Source: Eledone cirrhosa (lineage: Eukaryota). From it: 64,000 nucleotides of DNA. The stretch spans positions 302,374,001 through 302,438,000 of the forward strand of contig OZ024742.1 of NCBI GenBank assembly GCA_964016885.1, given 5' to 3'. Shown here one piece after another: positions 25,642 through 40,628 of this stretch. The position numbers and the translations under genes were made by a program. The notes below the pieces were generated by a model. It saw nothing but the letters and a program-made list of their open reading frames with translations. It was not told the DNA's origin and ran no database searches. Numbering within the stretch: position 1 is the first letter of the stretch; each line of letters begins with the position of its first letter.

Positions 25642-28600
25642 ATGACCTCACTCAGAATAGGCAGCATAAATGCGCGTGGCTTGGGGTCGTCATGGAAGCA
25701 GGGTCACCTGCTCAACGACCTCAGGTCACTAAACATAGATGTAGTGGCCATCAGCGAGACCAGAATCTCCGAAGCACGGGCCTTCGCACCGATCTTCGGC
25801 GGCTACGATGTGTACGCATCTCCCAGCCGTCCTGGATCGGGGGGAGGAGTTGCTGTGCTTTTTCGGAGAGGTTTGGATCTCGCCATACGGGCCATCTTCC
25901 TGGACCCAGAGGGTAAGTTGGTGGTGCTGGACGTGACCAGCGGAGACGGGCAAGCTTTCAGGCTAGTGGCCGTCTATGCCCCGACAGGAGCAGGGCGGCC
26001 TGATTTCTTCCGGCGTCTGGAGACCTTTCTTGGAACGTTCTGCTCTTTAGTGTTAGTGGGCGACTGGAACGGGATCTTAGATGCACGCTGGGACTGTGTG
26101 GGATTAGCGGATAGGGGTGGAGGGTGCAAGAGCCTCACCAACCTGCTCAGGCGTTTTGAACTGTCTGACAGGTACCGATTGGATTTCCCGAATGTGCCAA
26201 TGTGGACTTGGACAAATCGCATAGGGTCATCCAGATCATATCTAGATAGAGTATTTTGTAGGGAAATAGATAGGTCTAGCATAGGCTGTCCACAATTCAA
26301 GATAGTCAGCTACACGGACCACAAATTCGTGATCTGTGTGCTTGACTTAGATAGGCTTCATAGACGAGGACCCGGCTACTGGAAGCTAAACGCGTCCTTA
26401 CCAGCGCGCAAGGCCTACAGAGACCGGATTAGCGAACTAGTTAAGCGGGCGTTGACGGGGGCCATCGTCAACAACAAGTGGTGGTTTGCTCTAAAAAGAG
26501 CGATTAGAACAGAATCGATTAGGTTTAGTAAGGCTTTAGCAATAGAGAAAAATAGAGCAGAGGGAGAACTAGTTAGAAAATTAGACGAGGCGCTTAGCAA
26601 AGGCATTGCGACCGACGTGCTTGCGGCGAAATTGGCCCTTGACCAATTCTTCAATGCAAAGCACGAAGGCTGCGTTATCAGAGCTAGGGTGCGTGCTCTC
26701 AGACACGAGGGGACGAAAGCCGTTCAATGGGCCCGAGTGGCGGAGGCGCATCGTGGCAACAAAGCCACGATCCGGTCTTTGGTGGACCACGGCGGGCGCA
26801 TGCTACTCGATCCCGGGCAAATGTGTGAAGCTTTTCAGCGACACTTCGCTCAGCTGTTCGGGGGCAGCGGTGGGCCGGGTAGAGGGATGGACTTTAGTGT
26901 CTACCTCGACGGACTGCCGCGGCTCTCGACCACTGAGGCGGAGTGTTGCGAAAAGCCGATAACAGCCGCTGAAGTAAGGGAGGCAATGACTGGCTGCGCA
27001 ACTGGTAAATCGCCTGGTTTGGATGGTCTGCCATATGAACTTTACGTACAGATGCCAGACTTGTTCGGAGGCCTCTTGGCGGACGTCTACTGCAACTGGC
27101 AACAGAACGGGAGAATTCCCAGCTCTGTGAGCCGAGGAGCGGTGGCGCTGCTGAGAAAGGATTCGAACAAGGGGGATAACATAGATAATTTCAGGCCCAT
27201 AACTCTGCTATACACAGAGTTCAAGATTTTGGCCAAGGTGCTAGCAAAGAGGTTGGCGCTTGTCGTTGGTGGTCTGGTGGGAGCGGGGCAGACATGCGCC
27301 ATTCCCGACAGATCCACCCACGACAACCTCCACCTCATGCGATACATCGTAGAGAGGGTAGCTAGGGAACCTGGCACGGGTGGGTCCTTGATCAATTTAG
27401 ATCAGTCGAAAGCTTTCGATAGGGTCGACCATCGTTACCTAGCGGCAGTCGTGAGGGCGGATGGCTTTGGGCCCGTCATCAGAGGCTGGACCGCTGCCAT
27501 GCACAGCGACATCTGCTCTGTGGTGAGAGTGAACGGTCACCTTTCGGAACCGTTCAACATCATGCGCTCGGTCCGCCAAGGATGTCCCCTCCCGTCCCTC
27601 TTGTACGTATTGACTCTCGAGCCATTACTGCACAAACTGGAGACGTTGAGGGGGGTCCCACGAGAACTAGGATGCGGAAGATCCGTGTCAGGATATGCGG
27701 ACGATGTCACCGTAGTGGTGTCGAACGCCAAACACATCGAGGCGATCGGCACTACACTAAGAGAATACGAAGCGGTGACAGGAGCAATGATCAACCAGGA
27801 AAAGTCAGTGGGCCTGCAGCTCGGCACCTCGAGAGGCAGGTCCATGCCGTCCAACAGCGTCGTCGGACGCTGGACGGACGGACCGGTTAAATTGCTAGGG
27901 GTCTGGTTCGGTCCGGACCTCCAGACGGAGAAAAACTGGGACGAGGTGAGAAGCAGGGTGGCTTCTCTCACCCAGAAATGGGCGGAGAGGAAGCTATCCC
28001 TGAAAGGTCGAGCGGAGGATACGAACGCGTACATCGCGTCCGTCATCTACTACCGCCTGACCGTCGTACCTTATTCTAAGCCCCACCTGACTGCGCTGGA
28101 GCGTTTGCTCTTTCGCTTTTTGTGGAAGTGACGCTCCGATGGTCAGGCGATCCATCTGCTGTCAACACCCGCTACGTGGAGGACTGGGCATGACGTGGAT
28201 GATGATGCGCAGACACGCGCTCAGGCTACGACATCTCCACCTCTTCCTCGACGGTGATCAGGTGTGGTCGCCGTTTGCTAGACACGTCTTTTCCCAGCTC
28301 GTCTCCTTGACGGAGCTGCAGTACTGGGTCAAGCGAAGACCGAGAGGGAGCGCTTGGAGACTGGAATGTCTTTAGGCGCTCACAGCCCTCGACCAATAGG
28401 GCATTGTGATTGGTGGAAACTCCATCTTGGCGTTCTATAGAGGATTAGTGGAGGGGAAGAGCGACTACGTACTTGGAGAAACTCTAGGCGTCGACGAAAA
28501 TCAACTAGCCAATCTCTTCGGAAGGACTTTCGGGCCGGGGCCTATGGACAACTTCCAGAAATCCCTGGCCTGGCAGTGCTACCGAGGAGCTTTGCCAGTT

Positions 28601-29060
28601 CGGGATAAACTCTACAGGCATGGAGGTGCCGTCAGCCGGGCATGTCCGAGATGCGCGCAGGGCGACGAAACCGTCCTGCACGCACTCGTCCAGTGTCCGA
28701 GCATTGCTGACTTATGGGTTTATGTCGAACACCTGCTGTCACGTGTAGGACGGATCCAGCTATCAGCTGAGTCCATTGTGAGGATTGCCTCGCCCTCTTC
28801 CTTTTAGCTGGGAGGGCAGGCAATTTTTATCTGTCTGGTGGCCATGGCGAAAGAGATAGTATGGTGGACACGTTTGAAAGGGCTGAAGACGAGCACTTAC
28901 CTCTTCGGTGATGCCCTGATTAACTTTTTCAAATTTCATTTGAAAAGGAAAATCAGGGTAGAGTGGGAAATGCTCTCTTCCCAGCATTTTGTTGAAAGAT
29001 AGGTGAGAGAAGCAAGTATGGCCCGAGTGATTGGGTCTACTCTGAGTATGTGTCTGTAAA
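25642..29060 (+). pseudogene. Tx1 ORF2: AP endonuclease, reverse transcriptase and C-terminal Zn motif
   Basis: SINARGL, ISET, GDWN, SYLDR, TDH (APE); KSPGLDG, RPITLL, DQSKAFD, QGCPL, YADD (RT); open to 28131, then stops/frameshifts; CPRC..ETVLHALVQC. Confidence 0.92.
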
Positions 29061-29303
29061 TTAAAGGTGGAAAACTGGGAGAGGGCACTTGCCCTGGTGG
29101 TCAGGGTCACTGTGGCCTTTTAATGGGCTTTCTCCAGAAATGTCCTTCGGAAGTCTCCCCCCTATTGGGGAATTTTTCATTGTTACTTTTATTACATCCT
29201 CTGTTTTTTTTACACGCAGAAATGCCCATTTGTACCGTCCTGTATTGTCCTGTACTGTCCTTAATGTCTACTTTATGTAAACCCTTCTGGTTAATAAAGA
29301 AAG

Positions 29304-29347
<44 letters not shown>

Positions 29348-29348
<1 letters not shown>

Positions 29349-32300
29349 AGTTGCATTTATCTTGCTTTATGTTCATACGAGTTATCACCAAGTCACAACC
29401 AGTGACCTCAAGAGACAACAAGGTCCGCCATGTTCAAGAAAGAACATACATACTCACACATGCATCTTTAGTGTTTAGACTTGTGATGTACTTATATTGA
29501 CAGAATCTTCCTTAGTATATGGGCAGCTCCCATTAGTATTATCTTTTGCATTTCCTGATTTGCAGACACTGATCTTGTGCTGATATAATCAGTCCTTCAG
29601 TCTCCGATTTCAGTCCAGAGGATGCCAACCACTGATGGGTTAAAGTTTTGTCAACATCAGGATTGTTAGCTCGCTCTGGGTATTTTCCATACAGAGGCTT
29701 TTCTTGCCATTTCTTAGCCAGTTTCTGTAGCAGTTCTTTCTTTGCAGTTACTTTTACCTGCTTTGCTTTTTCTGTGTTTTCCATTTCAGTAGTAAATGAG
29801 ACTTCTGAAATTTGTAGTCCATTACTGTATCTTTGTGCATCTTTTGTAATGGAATATGATCTTTTGATGCTTTCGTGTTTCAAAACGAGTTAGATCATCC
29901 AATCATGTGATTCCCTTAGATATGTAGATAATCCAATTGTTGTAGTTTTCAACGCAATGTCTAACTGGACTAACCCACGTCCCCCTTCTTTCCTAGGGAG
30001 ATATATTCTATCTATTTCTGCCTTAGGGTGATGCATTCTGTGCATGGTTAAGAATTTTCGAATTTTTGTATCGAGCCTACGGATCTCTGTGCTTGACCAG
30101 TTGATGACATTGTAACTGTAGGTTACTACTGGTATGGCAAGCGTGTTTATGGCATCGATCCTATTCCTTGCATTCAATTCCGTTCTTAAGATTGCTCTTA
30201 CTCTGCGGTAACATTCCTTCCTTATCCTTTCCCTCATTGTCGAGTGCTTGATTCCGTCTCCTTCACAAACACCTAGATATTTGTAAGTTTTTTCTTGATC
30301 AAGTTCTCTTATCACGTTCCCCCGATCAAGATTAATGTCTGAACTCTTCAGCAGCTTTCCTCTGGTGAACGTTGCTTTGGCGCATTTATCTAGTCCAAAC
30401 TCCATTTTAATGTCATCACTGAACTGCTTCACAGTGGATAATAGCTCTTGCAATTGTTCATCATTTTTTGCAAATAGTTTCAGGTCATCCATGTAGAACA
30501 GGTGATTAATGGTTTTGTCATAGACTTTATATCCATGTTTTGTTTCATTGAGCATTTTACTTAATGGTATAAGTGCGATGCAGAATAAAAGCGGTGATAA
30601 AGAGTCACCCTGAAAAATTCCACACTTAATATTAACTTCTCCAGCTTCCAGTGATTTTGTTTCACTATTCAAAAGGAGTGTCGTTTTCCATGTCTTCATA
30701 CTGAATGACAAAAACCTCCTGACAACGGGGGATACTTTGAAAATCTCTAAACATTTTTCAATCCAACTGTGTGGCAAACTATCAAATGCTTTTTTATAAT
30801 CTATCCAAGCAATCGATAGATTTTTGTGTCTATTATGACAATCTTCCAGTATCATTTTGTTAACCAGAAGCTGATCCTTACAGCCATATGAGCCTCGTTT
30901 ACACCCTTTCTGCTCAATGGGAAATAGGTCATTTGTTATCAGGTGGTCATATGTGTATTCAGTTAGGACTGATGTTAAAATTTTATACATTGTGGTCAAG
31001 CAAGTTATCGGTCTGTAATTTTTGGGATTGTTTGTCTCATCATTCTTCGGAAGCAGGAATGTAATGCCGTTAACTAGCCATGAAGGTATCTTTTCTGGCT
31101 CCTTAACTATTTCATTGTAAAGTTGGGCTAACAGCTCATGAGACTCTGTGAAGGCATTTATCCAAAAGTTTTGTATTTTGTCTTTTCCTGGGGATTTCCA
31201 TTTGCTGGTTTTTCTTAGAGCCAAGCGCAACTGTTCAACTGTTATATTTTCCCATGTTTGTTCCTCAAGGTGAGCTGTATCTTTCATTTGTCTGTCTATC
31301 CATGGGGCATGTATGTTATGAACTTTTTCTTCGGCCCAGATCTTTTCCCAGAATTCTTGCACTTCCTCCTTGGGTGGTATTGATTTAGCAGTTATTGTTG
31401 ACTTACCAATTTTTCTGTAGAAGTTTCTTTGGTTGTTTTTGAACATATTATTGTCCTTATAGAATCTAGATCGCTTTTCAAAGCGCCTTATACGAGCAGC
31501 TTTGGCCGACACTTTTTGCTTGATTATTTCTATCAGCATGTCTATGTCACATGTTGATTTTATACTGTACTTTTTTTTCAATTTTCTAAGTTTAGTTTGT
31601 TTAACATGTTCACCTACTTTATAGTTTGTTAAAATTTCTATGTCAGATCGGAGAAGGTTTATTTGGCGATTGATGTTCTCTTGCCAAGTAGATTTCTTGT
31701 GGGAATTCCTTTGTTTTTTCATCTTCACTCCACATAAGTGAGTGGTGACTTTAGCCGATGCATAATAGAGATGATTTAAATCAGTAATGTTTAGTTTGTT
31801 TGTGATGATAATGTTTTTGAGAATTATGTTAGTCTTGTGTATTATCTTTTGGTTCTGTTTGGAGTTCTGGATCTTAGGGAGGGTGTCTCGTTACCCCATG
31901 TCAGATTCTTTCATTTTCATCCATTCGATCATAATTTCATCCTTCAAGTTGGCAAGTTCATTCTCATTCATTTCTTTATCATTTACGATCTCATTATTTT
32001 CATTTGGAGTTTCATCCTGAGCATGCACTCCCTCCACTTTTTCGATCCTTTCTTTAATTTTTTCTGTTGCCAGTGATTCCGCCCCAACCCTGGGATTCGA
32101 AGTGTTACAGTTTACCTCGTTTTCACTGACACATGTTTCATTTTCCCCTCGCTGACTTTGTGCTAATAGCTTGATCTGATCAATTTCTATATCAGTTAGT
32201 AACTTTTTTCTTACAATATTTCTTCGTATATTGGCTAGTTTGTTGCTGTCAATATAGCCTCTTTTTTCGGGATGTTTCTTTTTACAGTTGATATATGTCT

Positions 32301-32775
32301 GTTTTGTATTCGATGTATTTGATGGGTAGTACATGGCAGTGTAGAAAGCCTCAAGGACTTCTTTATTATCTTCCCTTGACCATTTTTCTCTCTTTTTCTT
32401 TGGATTTCTTGGTGGTGAGCATGGAGGGCCAAGAGCAGGAGTATTCCGGTTATGGGAGGTCTCCAGCTCCGAAGTGATGGGAAGGTTTGAACCATTAGCT
32501 GATTTTTCGACCCCAGTCTGGTTCCTCTCTGAGGGACGCGGCTCTTTTTTACCCGGGTGACGGCCGATCCGGTATGAGATTTTATCATTAGACATTTACT
32601 TTATTTTGTCGCGTTTTATCCTTATCCGCCAAGGGGTAATCATTTCGTGTTACCACTTCTAGAACGAGTGTCAACCAAGACTAGAGGGGTCGTTCTCCCC
32701 TAGAGACACGGCTATTCCCCGCCAGCCGCCATCCCGGTATTTCTTGGTCGCGGGGTTTTCATTTTGTTGTTTCTT
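29348..32775 (-). mobile_element. R4/Dong-clade non-LTR retrotransposon, 5'-complete, endonuclease internally deleted
   Basis: N-terminal KWSREDN...NKLANIRRNI domain; RT WKSPGKD, GIFQGDSLSPLLF, YMDDLK; frameshifts near 31890 and 29890; QDQ joined almost directly to terminal ILMGAAHILRKILSI. Confidence 0.88.
29890..31728 (-). pseudogene. Reverse transcriptase region of the first R4/Dong element
   Basis: YRPITCL, WIDYKKAFDS, QGDSLSP, FYMDD, YKYLG. Confidence 0.9.
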
Positions 32776-32819
32776 TAAATTGTTATTATTATTATTATTA
32801 TTATTATTGTTATTGTTAT

Positions 32820-32917
32820 TCCTTGAATCTCAGTCATTGATGTTGGTTAACTGGAAAGTCCGTTGGATTGAATATCAAGCCACTACCTGCAGCCTCAGAT
32901 ATTCAGGACGTATCGGT
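32820..32917 (-). mobile_element. ~98-bp duplicate of the 3' end of the second R4/Dong element
   Basis: Matches 32980-33077; separated from it by (ATT)n. Confidence 0.9.
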
Positions 32918-32918
32918 G

Positions 32919-32969
<51 letters not shown>

Positions 32970-33055
32970 GTTATTGTTATTCCTTGAATCTCAGTCATTG
33001 ATGTTGGTTAACTGGAAAGTCCGTTGGATTGAATATCAAGCCACTACCTGCAGCC

Positions 33056-35535
33056 TCAGATATTCAGGACGTATCGGAGGGTTCTTGCTGTTCCAAGCAA
33101 GCATGCCTTTTGAAGCGTTCCAAAAAGCGTGAAGGGGCCGATTTTCTTTAACCATCCCTGGAAACCTTTGGAGATAGTCCCCAGTGCGCCTATGACAATC
33201 GGGATCACTTTGACTTCATGGCAGTTCCAAATCCTTTTCACCTCCCACTTTAGGTCCTGGTATCGGTTAATTTTCTCCCTCTCCTTCTCTTGCACTCTCG
33301 TGTCGAACGGGCAGGCCACATCCACAATCAGGCACGATCTTTTTTCTTTGTCCATAACCACCAGGTCAGGTCTATTGTGTTCCAGTTTTTTGTCCGTCTG
33401 TATCCTAAAATCCCACAGCACCTTCACCTGACTGTTCTCCATCACCGCCTCTGGCCTATGCTCATACCATTTCTCAGAATGTGGTAGATTGTTTACTTTG
33501 CACAGGTGCCAGTGGATCACCCTGCCCATCACATCGTGTCTCCAGCCCTTATAGTGGGTCTGGGCTAGGTGTTTACACTCGGACACAATGTGAGCCACAG
33601 TCTCCTCTCTCTCTCCACAGATCCTGCACAGTGGGCTAGCCTCCTCCTTGTAGATATGGTGCTTCAACCACTTCGTTTTGAGGGCCTGCTCCTGCGCAGC
33701 CATTAGCATTCCTTCTGTAGCCTTTTTGAGGTCTCCTCTTCTCAACCAGTTCCATGTCTGTGGATCTCTAAATTCAGTTTTCTCAAAGAAGGTACTATGA
33801 AGGGATTTTCCCTTAAGGCTGCTCTTCCTCCTTGATGTTATTTCCTCCTTGGACATCCCCTGGCCTACTGTCCCCTCCTTCAGTACAGTTCTGAGCATTG
33901 GCTCCTTACTATAGGTCACGTATTTGTATAGGTTGTTTTTCTCCATCTGAACACAGTCCTCTATGCTGATAAGACCTCTTCCACCCTCAGATCTCCTTAG
34001 GTAGAGTCTATCGACATCACTCCTCTTGTGGAACATGTTGTAGATAGTCAATAGCTTCCTAGTCTTCCTATCCATTTCTTTTTGTTCAGCAACATTCCAT
34101 CTCAGAATTCCCGCACTGTACCTAATAATAGACACAGCTCGGGAATTTACTGCGCTTATGGCATTTCTGCTGTTCAGATGTGACTTCAATACGCTCCTTA
34201 CTCTCCGAATGTATTCAGTTCTTAACAATTCCTTCATTTTTTTGTTCTTTATGCCATCAGCCTCCAGAACGCCCAAATACTTGTATCCTTCCTCAGAGTC
34301 AATTTCCTTTATCATCTCACCTGTTGGTATCTGGATCCCGTTACTTCTGCTCAACCTATCCCTCTTCATCACAATGACTCCACATTTACCAATACCAAAC
34401 TGCATACATATATCACTCCTGAAAATACGGACAGTGTCAACAAGCACATCCAACTCCTTCTCACTTTTCCCGAAGAGCTTAAGATCGTCCATGAAGAGGA
34501 GGTGATTGATGGTAAGCTCTCCCCTTCCCAACTTGTATCCTGCTCTCACTTTTCGCAGCATAATGGTCAAGGGCATCAGGGCAAGGACAAACAACAGAGG
34601 GGACAGGCTATCTCCCTGGAAGATACCTCTCTTGATCTTCACGCTTCCCAAGGATACTCCAGTTGATGTCAACTTTGTCTCCCAGGACCCCATACTCCTG
34701 CCCAGCAACTGTCTGATGTTATCTGCCACCCTGAAGACCTCCAGGCTTTTGGTGATCCAGGAATGAGGCACCATGTCAAATGCCTTTCTGTAGTCTATCC
34801 ATCCCATGGCAAGATCAGTGTGTCTCCTCCTGCAATTCCCCATTACCATCTTATCAATAAGCAACTGGTCCTTTGTACCACGTGACTTCTTTCGGCATCC
34901 TTTCTGTTCGTCCGGTAACAAGTTGTTTGTGTGGAGGTAATGGTAGATTTCCTCAGACACAATGCTCGTCAACAGTTTCCACATTACGGGCAGACATGTG
35001 ATAGGTCTATAGTTGGTAACATCATTACCCTTGATTCGGTCTTTCATTATCAGAACTGTGGTACCTTTTGTCAACCACTCTGGCACCTCACCCGACACCA
35101 AGCAGTCATTGAACATGGCCGTCAGCTTCGGGTGGAGGGATGTTAAATGTTTAATCCAATACCCCTGCACACCATCTGGGCCTGGTGATTTCCAGTTGGT
35201 TAGTTTTTTGGCTTGCCCCTTAAGAGTTTCAACTGTGATACTCAAATCAGTCTGTTGCTGTGCCTGCTCACCGATCTCCCTCTGTACTGTCTCAATCCAC
35301 CCTGCCTGGGCATTGTGTCTAACATCCTGCTCCCATATTCCTCTCCAGAATGTTTTAGCTTGTTCCGCCCCAGGGATCAAGTCGTTGCCTCTTTCTTTCC
35401 CCTCAAGCTGTCCAAACAGCATCTTCTGGTTGTTGTCGAACATGCGGTTCTGTTTATACTGACTGACTCTGTTCTCGTATCGCCTGATTTTGGCACTCTT
35501 TGCTACAATGCGTTGCTTCAATTCCTCTATGATAA

Positions 35536-35536
<1 letters not shown>
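33056..35536 (-). CDS. 5'-truncated R4/Dong-clade ORF: RT, CCHC and restriction-like endonuclease, uninterrupted
   Basis: WKSPGPDG, QGDSLSP, FMDDLK, CRIC..ETVAHIVSEC, RHD, RPDLVV..IVDVACP, KINRY; begins at an (AAT)n tract. Confidence 0.93.
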
Positions 35537-35605
<69 letters not shown>

Positions 35606-35819
35606 TGAAACTTCCTTTGAATTCTGTTTCTTTCCCAAATCACGCTAAGTGTCGACCTGACACCTGAGGCAAAATGTTATAATAGACACATTTTACGATC
35701 AATTGTCATACCAATGATGCCACAAGGGCACAAACACCAGTAAATGTCTTTGCAATGTTTTTAAATTGATAATGCCCTTCTAATGACAGTGTCAGTCAGC
35801 ACTATTTTATATATCTCTT

Positions 35820-36075
35820 GCAGAGATGGCTTTCCAGGTATCCTGAAACCAGGTGATCAGTGATCTCAATATGCTCATCACAGAATTGACACTTTGGGGC
35901 AGTTCTATTTCTGATCACATTGGCTTGAAAGTTGTGCGTTGGAAACACTGGTCTTGTGAAGTTAAAATGAAGTGCCCACTCTCTGTTTTTAGCCCAGAAC
36001 TCTGTTGCCACTGATGGGTGAGAGCTTGATCTACATCAGGTCCTTTGCTACGGAGAACATACTGCCCATGCATAC
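35820..36075 (-). pseudogene. Old R4/Dong fragment (CCHC region)
   Basis: HGQY...DVDQALTHQW..SGLK and PKCQFCDEHIEITDHLVSG. Confidence 0.65.
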
Positions 36076-36628
36076 TTCAGAGAATACTATATATTCTCAA
36101 GAGTTCTAGTGTGTAGCAGAAATGGGAGAGATACACAATCTTGACAAGGGGCAATCACCCTGAAACAATTGTCGATTGTTTCTCTCTGTTACCGCTAGAA
36201 CAAAAGGATGATGATAGTCGTTTAAAACACATAGCGTTTGCTTGCTAACGAATCGAATATTGATAATGTTATTATAATATTGCATTACTGACGAGAGATT
36301 ACTAGTAAATAATATATTTAAACCCACCCAATGTGCTTATGCTATTATGGATAGAAATATATAAAGGGTGTCATTTAAGAGCAGAAGAAAGCGACATATA
36401 TACAGAGCATATACAATTTTTTGTATATGCTCTGTGTTATATAGCTTTTGCTGAGGCTAGGTGTGTGACGTCACAACCTAAAAAATACATAGCGAAAGGC
36501 CTTCAAAAGTTGTTTTTTTATAAACATCCCGTATATTATTCAATATACAATACGTAGATTTATATGTATACCACTATGTGAGTACACCAATGGAAAATGT
36601 ATACACACACACACACATATATATATAC

Positions 36629-36973
<345 letters not shown>

Positions 36974-37147
36974 AATTAATATATGATAAACACTAATACA
37001 AGTATATAAGTGTTTGTATTGCAAATGACCAAGTTAGCTAGATTGAAAAATACTAATTAAATTAATACAGTTTGCCTGTCTCGATTTAAAATAATAAATC
37101 AATAAAAACAAACCCATATTGTATATATATATATATATATACATATA

Positions 37148-37186
<39 letters not shown>

Positions 37187-37199
37187 TTCGTTTCTGAAT

Positions 37200-37446
37200 T
37201 TGTTGGCGTAGGACAGAACAAGGGAGAGGCACAAAAACAAAGAAAAGAATCCCCAGTCACTGAAGAGGTCACAGAATGTGTGACGATAGAACTTTGACAA
37301 TATATGAACAATCGTCTGTTTGTGGAACCAACCAACCAACCAGAAATTTATAAATTCTTAAATTTACGAATTTAATTTATAATAAATTGGAGTGAACGCA
37401 ACTAGTGCGTGTGTTTCTTATTGGCAACATGACCCTCCCAAAGTAT

Positions 37447-37451
<5 letters not shown>
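37200..37451 (+). mobile_element. Family G copy with inactivated HHR (GAAA to GATA, 37256-37298)
   Basis: Homologous to 19001-19445. Confidence 0.75.
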
Positions 37452-38522
<1,071 letters not shown>

Positions 38523-39425
38523 TCTGTAACTCTTAACAATTTACACACAAACACAGACATACGTACACACAATCCGTGTCCTATGCAAACGGACAGATAC
38601 ATACATATTAAACTTAGACATATCTTTGACGTGATAATGAATGCTGAGAGTATGGAAATGAAAGAGTATGGAAAAGAGAGAGGAAACAGCGTTCTAAGTG
38701 TGGATGAATGTATGTGTGCATACACACACACACGCACACACACACACACACTCACACACACACACACACATACATATATATATATGCTTGTATTATGGAA
38801 TTCAGATAGGCTGGTGGATTGGCGGTATGATAGAGCAGCAGACATGTTTTGCGGCATATAATAACGGATCTTTACGTTCTAAGTTCAAATCTCTCCGAAT
38901 TTAGCTTTACCTTTTATCCTTACACGGAGGATAAAATGAAGTACAAGTAACGTACTGGTTTCGATTTAATCGAGTTTCCCCTCTCCCAAAAGTGTTGGCC
39001 TTGTACCTAAATCAGAAACCATTATATTGGGTTTTCAGGTATGAAATTTGTAGAAATTTGTTTTTTTTCTACAAATTTCATACTTTACGACCCAATATAA
39101 CTCAGACAATGACATTTCTGGAACTATTTTCTGCAAAGCCAAATGACGCACGGTCTAATCGCCATCGCGTAGTAGTATATTTCTACAATATATTTTTTAA
39201 TAAATGTATCTGCTTATATATTTTTCACATAATTCAGTTTTATTTCCATTTTATTTCAGTTTAATATATTTTATTTTATTCTGATCATTTCACACAGTTC
39301 TAGTCATGTAGAAGTCTACCCCTGGTTCTCTTGTCGGTTGACTTTGTCCGTAAAATCTGTCCAGTGATTCTGTCCTGAGACATTCTAACCTCATGTCCAT
39401 AGTACCGGAGTTGTGGTCCCTCAGT

Positions 39426-39608
39426 TCAGAGAAGTAGCGGCTCTACCTGGGGTGATTCTCTGATCTCCGAGTTACGCATTCTATCAAGTAACGCTACTCC
39501 AAAGACACTTCGGAGGAATCCTATTTCGGCTGCTTGTATTCGCGATCGTATTCTCTCCGTCATTACACAAGATACATGACCATAGGCAAGTGTTGGCACG
39601 TATACCAA
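39426..39608 (-). pseudogene. RTE-clade LINE fragment
   Basis: YVPTLAYG..TERIRSRIQAAEIGFLR..LLDRMRNSEIRE..VEPLLL. Confidence 0.8.
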
Positions 39609-39736
39609 ATTGAAGATAGAGAGTTTGGCTTTTACACCACCTACCTCCCTTCATCTAATTACCGAATGCTGAAGTTAACACATTACGGCATCAGCTCCTG
39701 CAATTCTTATATATATATATATATATATATATAAAC

Positions 39737-39773
<37 letters not shown>

Positions 39774-40063
39774 GTAGAGAGAGAGAGAAAGCAAAAGGAC
39801 CAACAAAGAACAGGAAAGAACATCCATCATTGTTAAAAATATTCTTAGAGATTCATTTTCCTTTCATTGTTAATTCATTCCATAATTTTTTAAATCTTTC
39901 TCAAAATTCCAAGAATGGTATTGATGGTGTCACTTCTTTAACATTGTTGAATACAACAACAACAACAACAGCAATAACAATAATCTTTTCTTCTTTGGCC
40001 ACAAGGGCCCACATATATAATACAAAATGTTTCATACAAAAGAGTTTACAATATGTCAGGTCG

Positions 40064-40135
<72 letters not shown>

Positions 40136-40232
40136 TATATATATATACATGTGTGTGTATATATATTATATATATATATAAATGTATATATATGTATATA
40201 TATGTATATATATATGTATATATTGATTATCC

Positions 40233-40628
40233 TTGATAATCAAGGATATCATATACTCATGCACCGTCACAACTAGCAACTCTTCTAAAACCTATATAGG
40301 CTCTACTTCAAACTGCTTCAAAACCAGATACAATTCGCACCTCAACTCTTTCAAAAAACACAGTCTAGCCAACTCCACTTCACTATCTAGCTACATACAC
40401 TATCTAAAAAATAAACCTTATACACTTAAATGGGAAGTGATAGGTAAGGCGACATCGTACAAACCACCTAATAAATTTTGTAACCTCTGTCTACTAGAGA
40501 CCCATACTATTATCTTCTCAAACCATAACCTCCTTAATAAAAAATCAGAAGTGTTCGCGTCTTGCCAGCACCGCTTCCGGCACTCCTTCCAAAACTTTAA
40601 ACCCAATATATATCAATGTCAGACTTGA
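40233..40628 (+). pseudogene. Penelope-like (Neptune-type) GIY-YIG endonuclease, 5'-truncated
   Basis: IIYSC...YIGST..FKTRYNSH...TSLSSYI...CNLCLLE...LLNKKSE..CQH. Confidence 0.88.

Larger units (their letters stand above)
23293..29304 (+). mobile_element. Near full-length Tx1/L1-clade non-LTR retrotransposon between (ATT)n tracts
   Basis: ORF1 with CCHC knuckle, ORF2 with APE and RT, AATAAA near 29292, (ATT)n on both sides. Confidence 0.93.

Noticed and set aside
35537-35638. Poly-Asn N-terminus of the 860-aa ORF
   Set aside because: Read-through of flanking (AAT)n; the element is 5'-truncated at ~35536
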